Assembly (NCBI GenBank): GCA_963787575.1
Contig: CAWBDN010000001.1
Location: 5,267 to 69,266 of the forward strand
DNA from: an uncultured Acidobacteriaceae bacterium
Lineage (GTDB): Bacteria > Acidobacteriota > Terriglobia > Bryobacterales > Bryobacteraceae
Length of the DNA stretch: 64,000 nucleotides
Direction: 5' to 3'
Positions within the stretch are counted from its first letter, which is position 1; each line of letters starts with the position of its first letter. Shown here piece by piece: positions 18,567-28,545 of the stretch. The notes under the pieces were generated by a model. It made no database searches. It saw only the letters and a list, made by a program, of their open reading frames with translations, and was not told where the DNA came from. Position numbers and translations under genes: made by a program.

Positions 18567-19970
18567 TTGCTCCACCTAAGCGCCGTAGCGATGGCGAAGA
18601 TGATCCGCACACGGCAGATCTCTTCCGTCGAATTGATACAGGCGCATCTCGCGCAGATCGAGCGGGCCAATCCAGATATCAATGCAGTGGTTGAACTGCT
18701 CGCCGATTCGGCGCTGGCGAAGGCGAAGGCCGCGGACGAACAGGTGGCGGCGGGCGAATTCACCGGACCTCTTCACGGCGTTCCTTTCTCGATCAAGGAT
18801 TCGATCGAGGTGAAAGGAACAAGATGCACGGCCGGTACTCTGGGCCGGAAAAATGCCGCGCCGGCGGAAACCGACGCGACGCTCGTCGCCCGCTTACGGA
18901 AAGCAGGTGGGATTCCCATCGCCAAAACGAATCTTCCCGATCTGCTCTTCTCGTTTGAAACGGATAACCTGATTTGCGGCCGCACAAATAATCCGTACGA
19001 TCTGGATCGCACGCCCGGGGGCAGCAGCGGGGGCGAATCGGCACTGATCGCGGCATGCGGATCACCGCTGGGACTGGGAAGCGATGCGTTCGGGAGCGTC
19101 AGGATTCCAGCCGCGTTCTGCGGGATCGCCAGCATCAAGCCGACGAGCGGACGCCTCCCGCGCACCGGTCACGTTCCGCCCGCCGGCGGTTGGCTGGAGG
19201 CGGTGTGGCAAATGGGCCCGATGGTCCGCCGTACCGAGGACTTACTTCTTGCGATGAACATTCTAGCCGGCGAAGATGACCTCGATTTCACGTCGCCGCC
19301 CGTGATTCCGGTGCCCGTCGATCATTCGCGGAAGGCGCGGCTAGCGTTTTTCACGGATAACGGATTCGCACCTTGTTCGGCCGAAGTCCAAACCGCTGTC
19401 CGGCGCTGCGCGGACTTTCTTCGCGACACGGGCGCGATTGTTGAAGAACTAAGGCCGCCCGGAGTTGAGCAGGCCTACGAACTCGAACTTGCGATTGCGG
19501 GGGCAGATGGCGGCGATGGGATCGACGCGTATCTGCAAAAAATGGGGAGTACGCAAGTCCATCCGCTGCTGACCGGTTTCCTGCATCGCATGCGGCCTTA
19601 CCGCGCGACAGCTTCCGAGTTAGCCGGGCGATGGAACCAGTGGGACGAATATCGACTGCAAATCAGGCGCTTTTTCCAAAATTACGATGCGATTCTTTGT
19701 CCTGTATATACGCAGGCCGCACTGAAACATGGCGAATCCGAGCACGATGGGAACTTCGAGGGATTCAGCTATACGATGGCCTGGAACATGGCCGGCGTTC
19801 CAGCCGCCACGGTGCGATGCGGCGAGCATGGTGGGCTTCCCATCAACGTGCAAGTCGTCACACGTGCGTGGCGAGATTTGCTGGCCTTAGAGATCTGCCG
19901 CTTGATCGAACTGCAGTTCGGCGGGTGGAAGCCGTCCGAATTACTCCATTCCGCGGCGATTAACGTTTAG
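18567..19970 (+). CDS. Amidase (amidase-signature family)
   Basis: It has the 'GGSSGGESALIA' AS motif, 'HGVPFSIKD' and 'DAFGSVRIPAAFCG'. It has a TTG start. Confidence 0.85.
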   Translation: MLHLSAVAMAKMIRTRQISSVELIQAHLAQIERANPDINAVVELLADSALAKAKAADEQVAAGEFTGPLHGVPFSIKDSIEVKGTRCTAGTLGRKNAAPAETDATLVARLRKAGGIPIAKTNLPDLLFSFETDNLICGRTNNPYDLDRTPGGSSGGESALIAACGSPLGLGSDAFGSVRIPAAFCGIASIKPTSGRLPRTGHVPPAGGWLEAVWQMGPMVRRTEDLLLAMNILAGEDDLDFTSPPVIPVPVDHSRKARLAFFTDNGFAPCSAEVQTAVRRCADFLRDTGAIVEELRPPGVEQAYELELAIAGADGGDGIDAYLQKMGSTQVHPLLTGFLHRMRPYRATASELAGRWNQWDEYRLQIRRFFQNYDAILCPVYTQAALKHGESEHDGNFEGFSYTMAWNMAGVPAATVRCGEHGGLPINVQVVTRAWRDLLALEICRLIELQFGGWKPSELLHSAAINV

Positions 19971-20073
19971 CCGAAAGGCTGCGGACGCCCCGCTTGGCTC
20001 TTCTCTTTGCGCCCGCGGAGCTTGGCTGCCGAGGCAATGCACCTCCATCTGGCGCAATCGCGCGGCATTTGCC

Positions 20074-20334
20074 GTGCCGCCTAAAGGTGTCTGGGGAAAT
20101 TTAGGACGCGCAACATTCTACGGACCTTCCGGCTGGAATCTGGATGCAGCGCTTGAAAAAAGCTTCCGGCTTACCGAACACGCCCGCCTCTCATTGCGGG
20201 GAGAAGCTTTCAACGCGCTCAATCATCCCCAGTACAACAGCCCGATATCGAATATCTCCAACGGCGCCTTCGGACGGATTACAGGCGCCGGACCGGCGCG
20301 TCAGCTGCAAGGCGCGATCCGCATCGATTTTTGA
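20074..20334 (+). pseudogene. Relic of the last ~90 codons of a TonB-dependent receptor
   Basis: The sequence 'GNLGRATFYGPSGWNLDAALEKSFRLTEHARLSLRGEAFNALNHPQY..RQLQGAIRIDF*' is only the C-terminal barrel strands. No receptor-like sequence lies upstream. Confidence 0.7.
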
Positions 20335-20384
20335 ATGTGGAGGGTGCACCCGGCGGGACGCGAGATTCCGAAGAGCATCTTTGT

Positions 20385-22796
20385 TCACCTGGTTGCCGAG
20401 TGAGCCTCAGGCCGCGTCAATTTTATAAGCCAGACTTCCGCCAGACGCGATTTCTTTCTCCAGTTCAGATTTTCTTCGTTGGCGGGCCGGTCCCAGGTCA
20501 GTACCAGCCTTCGATCTTTTACATATGTGGCCGCAACGGGAAATTCTTTAAAATCGCCCATTTCCTTGCCATCCAGAGTGGGTTCAACGCGATCTCCGTT
20601 TATACGCAGCAAGGCTTGGCCCGCGCCTGTGGAACGCACGAGATAGCTTGCGTTCGGATCAAGCGCTTCGTAAACAAGCGCCGCGGGCCAAGAGGTGACT
20701 TGCCAGGAAAGCCGTGCACGGCTCTTACCCTGATCCCACCACCAGAATGTAACTCCCGGTTCTCTAGTTAACACCGGCCCGTTTTCCGGATCGAGATGCA
20801 CTACATGCGGCGATTTGGCGATATTTCCAAGATCGTCATAGAAACTGCCCGGACCAGGATGCTCCCAGATGGCAAGCTCGTGCAATCGGCGGTTCTTCTC
20901 GTCTTCGCCCCGCAGTTGGCGGATGGCCGCGAACTGGTCTTCGAGCCACCAGCGGTTATTCAGGGGATAGTCGACGAAATCGAGCACGGCGCCCCGTTCT
21001 TCTCCGATGGCGAAGTATTTCGGGACGCTTGTCTGAAGGCCGATCGAATGGAATAGCTTGTCACAAAGATTGAAGATGCGATTGCGCAAATCGGAACGGA
21101 CCGGCTGGCGCACCGCGCGATTCAGCACATCTGTGGCTGCAGAGATCGCATGGCCCGAACCTCTCTTTGCGGAGTCGGCCAAGATGCCGTTTGCTTCGGA
21201 TTCGAGCGCGGCTTCATAAATTAAGCGGCTTCGAATATAGGCATCATAGTTGGCGCGCAAGAGGCACATTTGCCAGCGCCAATTGCTTTCGAGCTCCGGA
21301 GCCGCCCTTTCCAGGTGTTGCCACTGAAGTAAGGTCCCATCGACCGCGCCATTGTCCACCAAAGTTCCATGCCAGTTCTTTTCAAGCGCCAAGATGGCGG
21401 TGGCCGCGTCCTCGGCCACGCGCGGACTGAAGTAGACCCGCGCGTAATCGATTAAGATGCCGCGCACGCTTTGATTCGGATCCCAGCTCAACGCACTCCA
21501 AATCGTCTTGTTCACGTCATCGTGAATGCCGTCCGAATATGAGATAAACCCATCGGTGTAGCCGGAGAAGCGATGAAACGTAGCGGCATATTCGACCGGT
21601 CTTGGATTAACGGCTTCGCGTCCCTCCGTCAACGCAAAAGCCTGATCCCACTCCGGGACCTCGTATTGACAGAGCTTGTTGTGCGTCAAGTCGGGATAAT
21701 CGCGCAGCTTGTACTGCTTCGGAAGACTGCTTCGCATCTGGCGCAATGCCGGGCTGGAAGGTCCGGCCACCAGCCCGCCGAGCCATGGAGGCTGCTGGCG
21801 ATTGATGTAATCGTACACATAATCGATATCCGGCTGCCGGAATTGCTGTAGAGAGAGCCAAATTCTGGCCTGCGGGTGAGTAGACCGCAGCAGACGCGCG
21901 ATCTCTTCCAGAAACGGGAAGACAAGTTGAGGTGGATTGCCGCCCGGGTCACCTCCAGGAAAGAAGAGTCCGGTCAGCTCCGGCGTGTCTTCAAAAAATT
22001 GAGCGCACCGCTCGAGCAATTCTCTGCGCCGCACTTCATCCTTCAAATTGAAATCGGCCGGAACCCACACCCAGTAATCCAATCCGTAGCGCTTGCAGAT
22101 TTCACCGATGGCCCGGTTCATATCACGCCGGGGAAACTTCATGACGGGCGTTGTCCGATCGTCCTGGAACGGAATACCTTCAATACTGTTCACGCCGAAG
22201 AAAGTCAGTTCGCGGATGTACTGCTCGAACTGTGCGGGGTCCCAGGCATCGTAGGAGTTCGCCTGGGCGCGATACCCGAGTTGATGGCCGCGAATCGAGA
22301 AGGCGGGCGCGGTTGCCGCGTCTAGCGGAGCATCGAGGGTTAGCCGGCCGCGGCTCCAATCAATTCTTCGCAAAAGATCTCCGACTCCGTATAAGGTGGC
22401 TCGGGCATTCGCGCCGACGATCCAGACAACCGGTGAGGCGCGGCTGGTCTCGTCCACGTAGAGGCGATATCCATCCGCCCGGGTTTCGGGAAGATCGTGT
22501 CCTTCGCGCACCGGTACGCGGCGTTTCCAGCCGGGTACGCTGGTCTGGCAGGTGATCGCGATAACGGGCTGTGTTTCCGGCCATCTGGTAGACATCGCAA
22601 GACGAATTCCAGTGCGTTTTTGGAGTTCTTCGACCAGAACAATGGCGGCGGTCTTCTCGACGTCCGGCAATTCCCCGGGGCGCGATACGACGACTGCGTT
22701 AGCAAGATCGACGGACGTAACAGCGGAAGCGAAACAACACAAGGACTCGACGCACAGCAGCGCGCCAATGCCACATCGCATGAAGATGCACGTCAT
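20385..22796 (-). CDS. Secreted putative glycoside hydrolase (GH20b/GH67N-like N-domain plus TIM-barrel-like core), family not identified
   Basis: It has a signal peptide, 'ADGYRLYVDE..IVGANARATLYGVGDLLRRI' and 'FSIRGHQLGYR..NSYDAWD'. It starts 8 nt downstream of the receptor gene. Confidence 0.5.
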   Translation of the reverse strand: MTCIFMRCGIGALLCVESLCCFASAVTSVDLANAVVVSRPGELPDVEKTAAIVLVEELQKRTGIRLAMSTRWPETQPVIAITCQTSVPGWKRRVPVREGHDLPETRADGYRLYVDETSRASPVVWIVGANARATLYGVGDLLRRIDWSRGRLTLDAPLDAATAPAFSIRGHQLGYRAQANSYDAWDPAQFEQYIRELTFFGVNSIEGIPFQDDRTTPVMKFPRRDMNRAIGEICKRYGLDYWVWVPADFNLKDEVRRRELLERCAQFFEDTPELTGLFFPGGDPGGNPPQLVFPFLEEIARLLRSTHPQARIWLSLQQFRQPDIDYVYDYINRQQPPWLGGLVAGPSSPALRQMRSSLPKQYKLRDYPDLTHNKLCQYEVPEWDQAFALTEGREAVNPRPVEYAATFHRFSGYTDGFISYSDGIHDDVNKTIWSALSWDPNQSVRGILIDYARVYFSPRVAEDAATAILALEKNWHGTLVDNGAVDGTLLQWQHLERAAPELESNWRWQMCLLRANYDAYIRSRLIYEAALESEANGILADSAKRGSGHAISAATDVLNRAVRQPVRSDLRNRIFNLCDKLFHSIGLQTSVPKYFAIGEERGAVLDFVDYPLNNRWWLEDQFAAIRQLRGEDEKNRRLHELAIWEHPGPGSFYDDLGNIAKSPHVVHLDPENGPVLTREPGVTFWWWDQGKSRARLSWQVTSWPAALVYEALDPNASYLVRSTGAGQALLRINGDRVEPTLDGKEMGDFKEFPVAATYVKDRRLVLTWDRPANEENLNWRKKSRLAEVWLIKLTRPEAHSATR

Positions 22797-22804
22797 CGGG
22801 CAGG

Positions 22805-25800
22805 TTACCAGTGCAGGCGTAACGCGAACTGAATCTGCCGCCCTGTGGTGACGACACTATTGATGCTGCCGGCCGAGGGCGAGCCGATGCTGGTGCTCGG
22901 ATAACCGAAGTTCGCCTTGTTTAAGATGTTGAAGAATTCGGAACGGAACGTCAACCCGAATCTCTCGGTCAGGCGGAAGTCTTTATGTCCGCCAAGATCC
23001 CACGTGACCAATCCCGGCGCAATGACGATATTGCGTCCCGCGTTCCCGAAAGTGTAGAGCGCAGGAGCGGTAAAGCAACTCGTTTGAAACCATTGCTGGA
23101 TGCGGCGCTGCGAATCGGGAAGGTTTCCGTCGCAAACACGGTCGGGATATTGGGTTGTTCCGGTGTTGGAAGTGGAGGTCGACATCGTGACCGTACCCGG
23201 AGGACCGTCCTGGGCGCTCACAATGCTGGTTAATTCCCAGCTGCCAGCGAGAGCATTCAGCACACGGTTTGCATTGTTAAGAAACGCATGACCGTGTCCG
23301 AAGGGTAAATCGTACATGAGGCTGAGGGTGAACCGGTGCGGGAAATTGAAATCGGAGAGTCCATACTCCGCATTGACGTTGCGCGGGTTTTGCACGTTAT
23401 TTCTGGATTCCGCCGATGCTGAATTTCCGCCACCGCCCATATCGAGGCTCTTGCTCCAGGTGTAGGCCGCCAAAAACGAGAGGCCGTTCTGCCACCGCTT
23501 TTCCGCCGAGAGCTCGAGAGCATCGTAATTGGATATGCCCCGGGGCTCCCAAGACGAGATGGAAGCATATTGCGGATAGGGGCGCCGCGCAGGAACCGCG
23601 CCTGGGCCAGGGTAGGCGACATTTTCATCGAGCGCAATGAACAAATGATTGCCGCGTGTGCCTACATATGAACTCCGCGCAACCAGAGAGGACGTTAATT
23701 GGCGCTCAATGGTGAAGTTCCACTGCTGCATGTTCGAGGTCTGGTTGGCGGTGGGGATATAGACAAGGCTCGGCAAGTTGGCGGGCGACAAGGTATTCGG
23801 GATACCTTGCACGGTCGTCAGACAGGGTGCGGTCGCACTGCAACTGACGCTGTATTGCTGAGAAAAAGGGTAATTGATGAAGAGCCGCGCCGAGCCTCCG
23901 GTGCCTTGCTCGTTGAAGTAAAACAAGCCGTAAGCGGCGCGCACTACGGTCTTGTCGCCAATACGATAAGCAAGCCCGATGCGCGGGCTGAAATTACACT
24001 TTCGCGTATCAATGATGGCCGGAGGCACGCCGTTTTGTCCCGCGAGCTCTATCGTGCCAAGTCCCGGAACGAAATCCGACTGACGGTTGTATCTCTCGAC
24101 CGGCGGCGTGAACAGGTCATAGCGCAGGCCGAGAGTCACAGTAAGCCGATTGGTGGCGCGCCACTGATCTTGTGCGAATCCGCCATATTCCGTGTAGCTC
24201 AGATAAGGTACACCGTTAACTAACGCGGCTTTCGACGAGCTGCCGGGCAATCCCAGGAGAAAGTCGGCATAGCCGATTCCCGTGCCAGAGGAATGCGCGG
24301 GATTATTCGTGAAATTGCCGCTGTAGTTCAACGACCCGGAAGATCCGGAAAGCTGGAAGAAGCCGAACCCATTGTGAACAGCGCTGAATCCGAATTTGAC
24401 CGAATGCGCTCCATGTATATAAGAGAGCGTGTCACTAACCTGATACGTGTTCTGCGGAACGATTTCGGGAACGGAACTCTCGCTATATCCGCTTTCCGAA
24501 GTGATGCCGATGCTTGCCATGCCGGAAGCCAAGTAACTGGTGTTCGAGCCTTGCAGCCCGAGCTGCGTGGAGAGATTCGTTCCGAGATCGAGCGGTGTTA
24601 CCTGCAAGTACCAGCGCGTGTAGCCAACGGCAAGTTGATTGACCAGAGCGGCCGAAAACGAATGGATCTCCTGAAGCGTCGCCTGGGTACTCGGCGCGTG
24701 ATTGAGCCGTTGGGAAGATCCCAAGAAGGCGTTGGGGTTGGGAGTTCCATTCTTTACGGCGGGAAGCGCGTTGGGATATGTCTCGTCGGCGCCGCCGTAT
24801 GTATAGCGCGCGAACATATTGTCTTTTCCGGAAAACTGCTGGTCTATGCGCCCGTCCCATTCGTTCTGTGTTTGCACCTGTAGAGAGTTCACGCGCAGAT
24901 TATTAGCCACTCCTGGGAGGTTCGGCAGAGCGAAGATTTGCTGGATATTTTGTGCGATCGGATCAATGCGGTTCGCGGGAATCTTGTTGTTCGAGAATAG
25001 CTGCCGGGTGTTGGTGGCGGAACTGTAGGTGTTGGGATCGTAGATGCCCGCCGGATACCCGGAGAAATCTCCGGCGCGCATGGCCGGGGTGGGTTCGCTC
25101 AAGATCGAAGTCGTGGACGAATGGGCGTTTAAACCCTGATAGTCCGCAAAAAAGAAAATCTTGTTTTTGCGTATAGGTCCTCCGATCGCGGCCCCAAACT
25201 GATTTTGCTGGAATGGGGGCTTCTGCGCGTCAAAAAACTCGCGCGCGTCCAAATCGGAATTCCGGAGGAACTCGAACGCCGAGCCGTGGATCTCGTTGGA
25301 GCCCGAACGCGTTATTACATTGACCACCGCGCCGCCGGTGGCAAACTCGGCGTCAGCATCACCCACTTGAACCTTGAACTCGGCGATGTCTTCCAGATTT
25401 GGAAACACCTTCAAGGTACCGACGGATTGGTCGCGATCATCCAGGCCATCAACCATGAAGAGGTTGTATGTGCCGCGAGCCCCACTGGCGGTAATCTCGG
25501 CGCCCGCTCTTTGCGTCTCGTTGCCGCCCTTGGTCTGACGAATTCCACCGACGGGGCCGGGCGTCGTTCCGGGAACAGCCAGTCCGAGCTGGGCGAAGTT
25601 CCTTCCGTTCAATGGCAACTGCTGTATCTGTTCCTGACTGATTACGTTGCCGACTTCGGTCGATTCCGTACTCAGCAGTGGCGCACCGCCCTGCACCGTA
25701 ACCTCCTGCTGAATGCTGCCCACCTGCAACCTAAAATCCTGTTGGACGATTTGCTGAATTTGCAGCGAAAGATCCTTTCGAAGTCCAGAAGCGAATCCCT

Positions 25801-26050
25801 GCGCCGTCACCGCAATGCTGTATGTGCCCGGCGGGAGCAAAGGCGCGGTGTAGAAACCGTTAGCGCTGGTGCGCTCCGTCACTTCGATACCGGTTTCCTG
25901 ATTGGTGACCTTGACCTGCGCGCCCGGAACCGCTCCCCCGCTCGCATCGGTCACATGGCCGGAGAAAGTGCCAGTTGCATTCACCTGCGCATATGCAAAC
26001 GATAGGGCAACAGAGACAACGAACAACGTATGAATCGAAGCGTGCTTCAT
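22805..26050 (-). CDS. TonB-dependent receptor with N-terminal carboxypeptidase-regulatory-like domain
   Basis: The signal peptide is followed by 'GTFSGHVTDASGGAVPGAQVKVTNQETG'. There is a plug region, and the C-terminus reads 'GRQIQFALRLHW*'. Confidence 0.9.
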   Translation of the reverse strand: MKHASIHTLFVVSVALSFAYAQVNATGTFSGHVTDASGGAVPGAQVKVTNQETGIEVTERTSANGFYTAPLLPPGTYSIAVTAQGFASGLRKDLSLQIQQIVQQDFRLQVGSIQQEVTVQGGAPLLSTESTEVGNVISQEQIQQLPLNGRNFAQLGLAVPGTTPGPVGGIRQTKGGNETQRAGAEITASGARGTYNLFMVDGLDDRDQSVGTLKVFPNLEDIAEFKVQVGDADAEFATGGAVVNVITRSGSNEIHGSAFEFLRNSDLDAREFFDAQKPPFQQNQFGAAIGGPIRKNKIFFFADYQGLNAHSSTTSILSEPTPAMRAGDFSGYPAGIYDPNTYSSATNTRQLFSNNKIPANRIDPIAQNIQQIFALPNLPGVANNLRVNSLQVQTQNEWDGRIDQQFSGKDNMFARYTYGGADETYPNALPAVKNGTPNPNAFLGSSQRLNHAPSTQATLQEIHSFSAALVNQLAVGYTRWYLQVTPLDLGTNLSTQLGLQGSNTSYLASGMASIGITSESGYSESSVPEIVPQNTYQVSDTLSYIHGAHSVKFGFSAVHNGFGFFQLSGSSGSLNYSGNFTNNPAHSSGTGIGYADFLLGLPGSSSKAALVNGVPYLSYTEYGGFAQDQWRATNRLTVTLGLRYDLFTPPVERYNRQSDFVPGLGTIELAGQNGVPPAIIDTRKCNFSPRIGLAYRIGDKTVVRAAYGLFYFNEQGTGGSARLFINYPFSQQYSVSCSATAPCLTTVQGIPNTLSPANLPSLVYIPTANQTSNMQQWNFTIERQLTSSLVARSSYVGTRGNHLFIALDENVAYPGPGAVPARRPYPQYASISSWEPRGISNYDALELSAEKRWQNGLSFLAAYTWSKSLDMGGGGNSASAESRNNVQNPRNVNAEYGLSDFNFPHRFTLSLMYDLPFGHGHAFLNNANRVLNALAGSWELTSIVSAQDGPPGTVTMSTSTSNTGTTQYPDRVCDGNLPDSQRRIQQWFQTSCFTAPALYTFGNAGRNIVIAPGLVTWDLGGHKDFRLTERFGLTFRSEFFNILNKANFGYPSTSIGSPSAGSINSVVTTGRQIQFALRLHW

Positions 26051-26310
26051 GCCAAATCCTCTCGCGTGGGGGGCTCCCTTTGCGAACGATTGTATGCAAT
26101 CAATAACCGGATTCTAAAGTTAGTCAAGGAGACGCGGCTGATGATCCGGGTTTTGCCAATACATCCGCGAAAATCGTACTATAACCACCGGGCGCCATTG
26201 TTTCGCAAAGCTGTTCCAGCTCGATGATGTATGCTCGATAGCCTGCAGCTGTATCTCCTAAACAACCCTGAGCGCAGCGCGAGCAAGGCGGCCTGTGCCG
26301 TAGATCTCAA

Positions 26311-28545
26311 CTATTTCGAGAACCGGAGCTCGATGGCCAGCGGCTCGACCGAATTTTGAAAACGCAGGCGCGCAACGCCGTGCGAAAAGTCGTAATCCGA
26401 GCTTGGCAGCGGTTTCCCTCCGATCAGAACCTCTCTCGGGGCTGCATGCGTTGCAATCGCGACAATAGCTTGGGTGTCGCTGATCCCGTCGGCGTGAAAT
26501 TGCAAACTGTTGTTTTCGATGCGCTCATCGCGAATGCGACACGCCGCCGCAACCACACTGGGCTGAGATCCCTTGAGGCTGTCGAGATCCAGCAGCAGCA
26601 TGCGGTCCCCGGGGGAAATCGTCACTCGACTTAGCAATGCCAGTTCCGGATCGAACAAATTCAGATAGCGGCCGCGCAGCACGTAGGGCTGTGTATCAGG
26701 TACCGATTCGTCCAAACCCGCAGCCACAAGGTAAGGGCCTCGCCGCAAAACCAAAGAATTCGTCTCTTTCCAGCGGAGCTTGACCGCAACCGCAGCTTTG
26801 TGAGCTATGGTCCGAATTGTCTGGGCGCCATCTTCCTTGTAGGTCAACGCTGCCGGCGAGAATGGTGCGTATACGACAACGCCGCGGCCTATTCTATGAA
26901 GGCCGGTAGCATCTTCCGGAATTCCCAACTTTTCGAAGAGGTGCTCCCGTGGCGTTTTGTATGAAAACGGAGCCGTGTTCCACCATTCACGCACGAGATT
27001 ATAAGGATCGCTGTCATCATCTACGACGACCAAGCTGCCGCCGTTGCGTACCCATCTCACAAGCGCTTCGTGGAATTCAGGACTGGGCGGTTTCTGCCCC
27101 TCATACGTAAGCAATAGAAGTTTGTAGCGGTTCAGGAAACCCGGCGAACCGGCGCTCTCGATCTGCACCGGCTCGGCAGGTATGCCGCGCTTGAGAAGAG
27201 GCATCGCCAACCCGTAAAATGAGCCGAGATTTGGGTCGGACGGATTCGGATCGGCGCGTTGGAACATCATAGTGTCGGAAATGAGCACTCCCGCGTTCGC
27301 GGTTCCGGCGTTCTCCCAACGCACCTCCGACTGTTTCATATCGCCCAGCGCAGTAATGACGGTTTGCAACTCCGTCTCATACGGCCTTGGAATACCGACG
27401 CGTTCGGCATTGGGATCACCGCGACCGAATCCGTTAAGTCCGGTGCCGATCGGGGTCTGCTCCTGGTTTGTCTGCACTTGGCCGTCACGAACGCTATGAG
27501 CGGGATGCCGGCTGTTGAAGACCCGATCCGGCCACGGCATAATTTCGTAGCGCCACACTTCCGCTTGCATCAGAGATGCGGTCAACGTGTTCTGCCAATT
27601 TCTGCGGTAATCGTCCCAATCGTGGTTGGGATTGTCTTCAATAGGATCGTTCAAATACCAAACGCGCCGGCCTGAGGCGCGAACCAGGTTCTGCATCGCA
27701 CCGTATTCCAGGAAGGCTGTCTCGAACGTTCGCTCTTTGCGGCGGCTTTCGTAAATATTCGGTGTTCGCGCCGTACCGGTCCAAACTTGAGCAATGTAGC
27801 CATCGGCGCCCACTCCAATCAGCGAAGATTCCGGGCTGACGATTCGCCAGTGTGCATAGTTAATCAGCGAATGCGTTGGTACATAGCAAGGGACCGAGCC
27901 AGTTTTTGATTTCCCGTATTCCTTGGCGAAATCGAACACTTGTGAGAGGGCGCGCCGGTAAAGGTAGTACTTCAGCTTCGAGGCGCGATACTGCGCGTCA
28001 GGAGAGGAATTGGGGGCTTGCCAGTCCTCGTGATAATAAGCCTTCCATTCGCGTTTGAAATTTTCCTCCCAGCCGCCTCTGGCCCAGAATTCAGGCTCCT
28101 CCAGGTAGATCGCCTGCGCGCCGGAGTCGAGTGCCCGCTTCACTCCCAGCGTCAGGTATTTTCCATAGTTTTCTCCGGGCGAGATATAGGGAACGTTGCG
28201 ATTTCCGCCGTGGAGGATCGGTCTGCCATCAGCCTGGGTTTGAGCTTGATCCCAGTGGTTCTGGCCATCGAACTGGCCGTTGAGGTAATCCTGATACTGG
28301 CCCCAAGCCACGCCCGTCATGACCTGGACTTTGTAACCATGTTGCTGCCACGTTTCGATGTTTCCGGGCATTCGTTCACCGATGCCATAGACCATCGCAA
28401 CATCGGCGTTCAGGTTGGTGCGCGGCGACCAGGGACCGCTCGTCTGAAAACTCAAGCGCTCCTCCGTGGCGCGTTCGCCGAGAGACGGAAGAAATGCGCC
28501 TGCTGCAACCAGCGACGCGAAAACTCCAAATGTGCTGAGTTTCAA
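26311..28545 (-). CDS. Secreted protein of unknown family (possibly glycoside-hydrolase-like)
   Basis: The preferred start is the TTG at 28545, which overlaps the upstream TGA (TTGA) and gives the signal peptide 'KLSTFGVFASLVAAGAFLPSLG'. The longer ORF to 28758 overlaps the receptor gene. The start is uncertain. Confidence 0.6.
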   Translation of the reverse strand: MKLSTFGVFASLVAAGAFLPSLGERATEERLSFQTSGPWSPRTNLNADVAMVYGIGERMPGNIETWQQHGYKVQVMTGVAWGQYQDYLNGQFDGQNHWDQAQTQADGRPILHGGNRNVPYISPGENYGKYLTLGVKRALDSGAQAIYLEEPEFWARGGWEENFKREWKAYYHEDWQAPNSSPDAQYRASKLKYYLYRRALSQVFDFAKEYGKSKTGSVPCYVPTHSLINYAHWRIVSPESSLIGVGADGYIAQVWTGTARTPNIYESRRKERTFETAFLEYGAMQNLVRASGRRVWYLNDPIEDNPNHDWDDYRRNWQNTLTASLMQAEVWRYEIMPWPDRVFNSRHPAHSVRDGQVQTNQEQTPIGTGLNGFGRGDPNAERVGIPRPYETELQTVITALGDMKQSEVRWENAGTANAGVLISDTMMFQRADPNPSDPNLGSFYGLAMPLLKRGIPAEPVQIESAGSPGFLNRYKLLLLTYEGQKPPSPEFHEALVRWVRNGGSLVVVDDDSDPYNLVREWWNTAPFSYKTPREHLFEKLGIPEDATGLHRIGRGVVVYAPFSPAALTYKEDGAQTIRTIAHKAAVAVKLRWKETNSLVLRRGPYLVAAGLDESVPDTQPYVLRGRYLNLFDPELALLSRVTISPGDRMLLLDLDSLKGSQPSVVAAACRIRDERIENNSLQFHADGISDTQAIVAIATHAAPREVLIGGKPLPSSDYDFSHGVARLRFQNSVEPLAIELRFSK

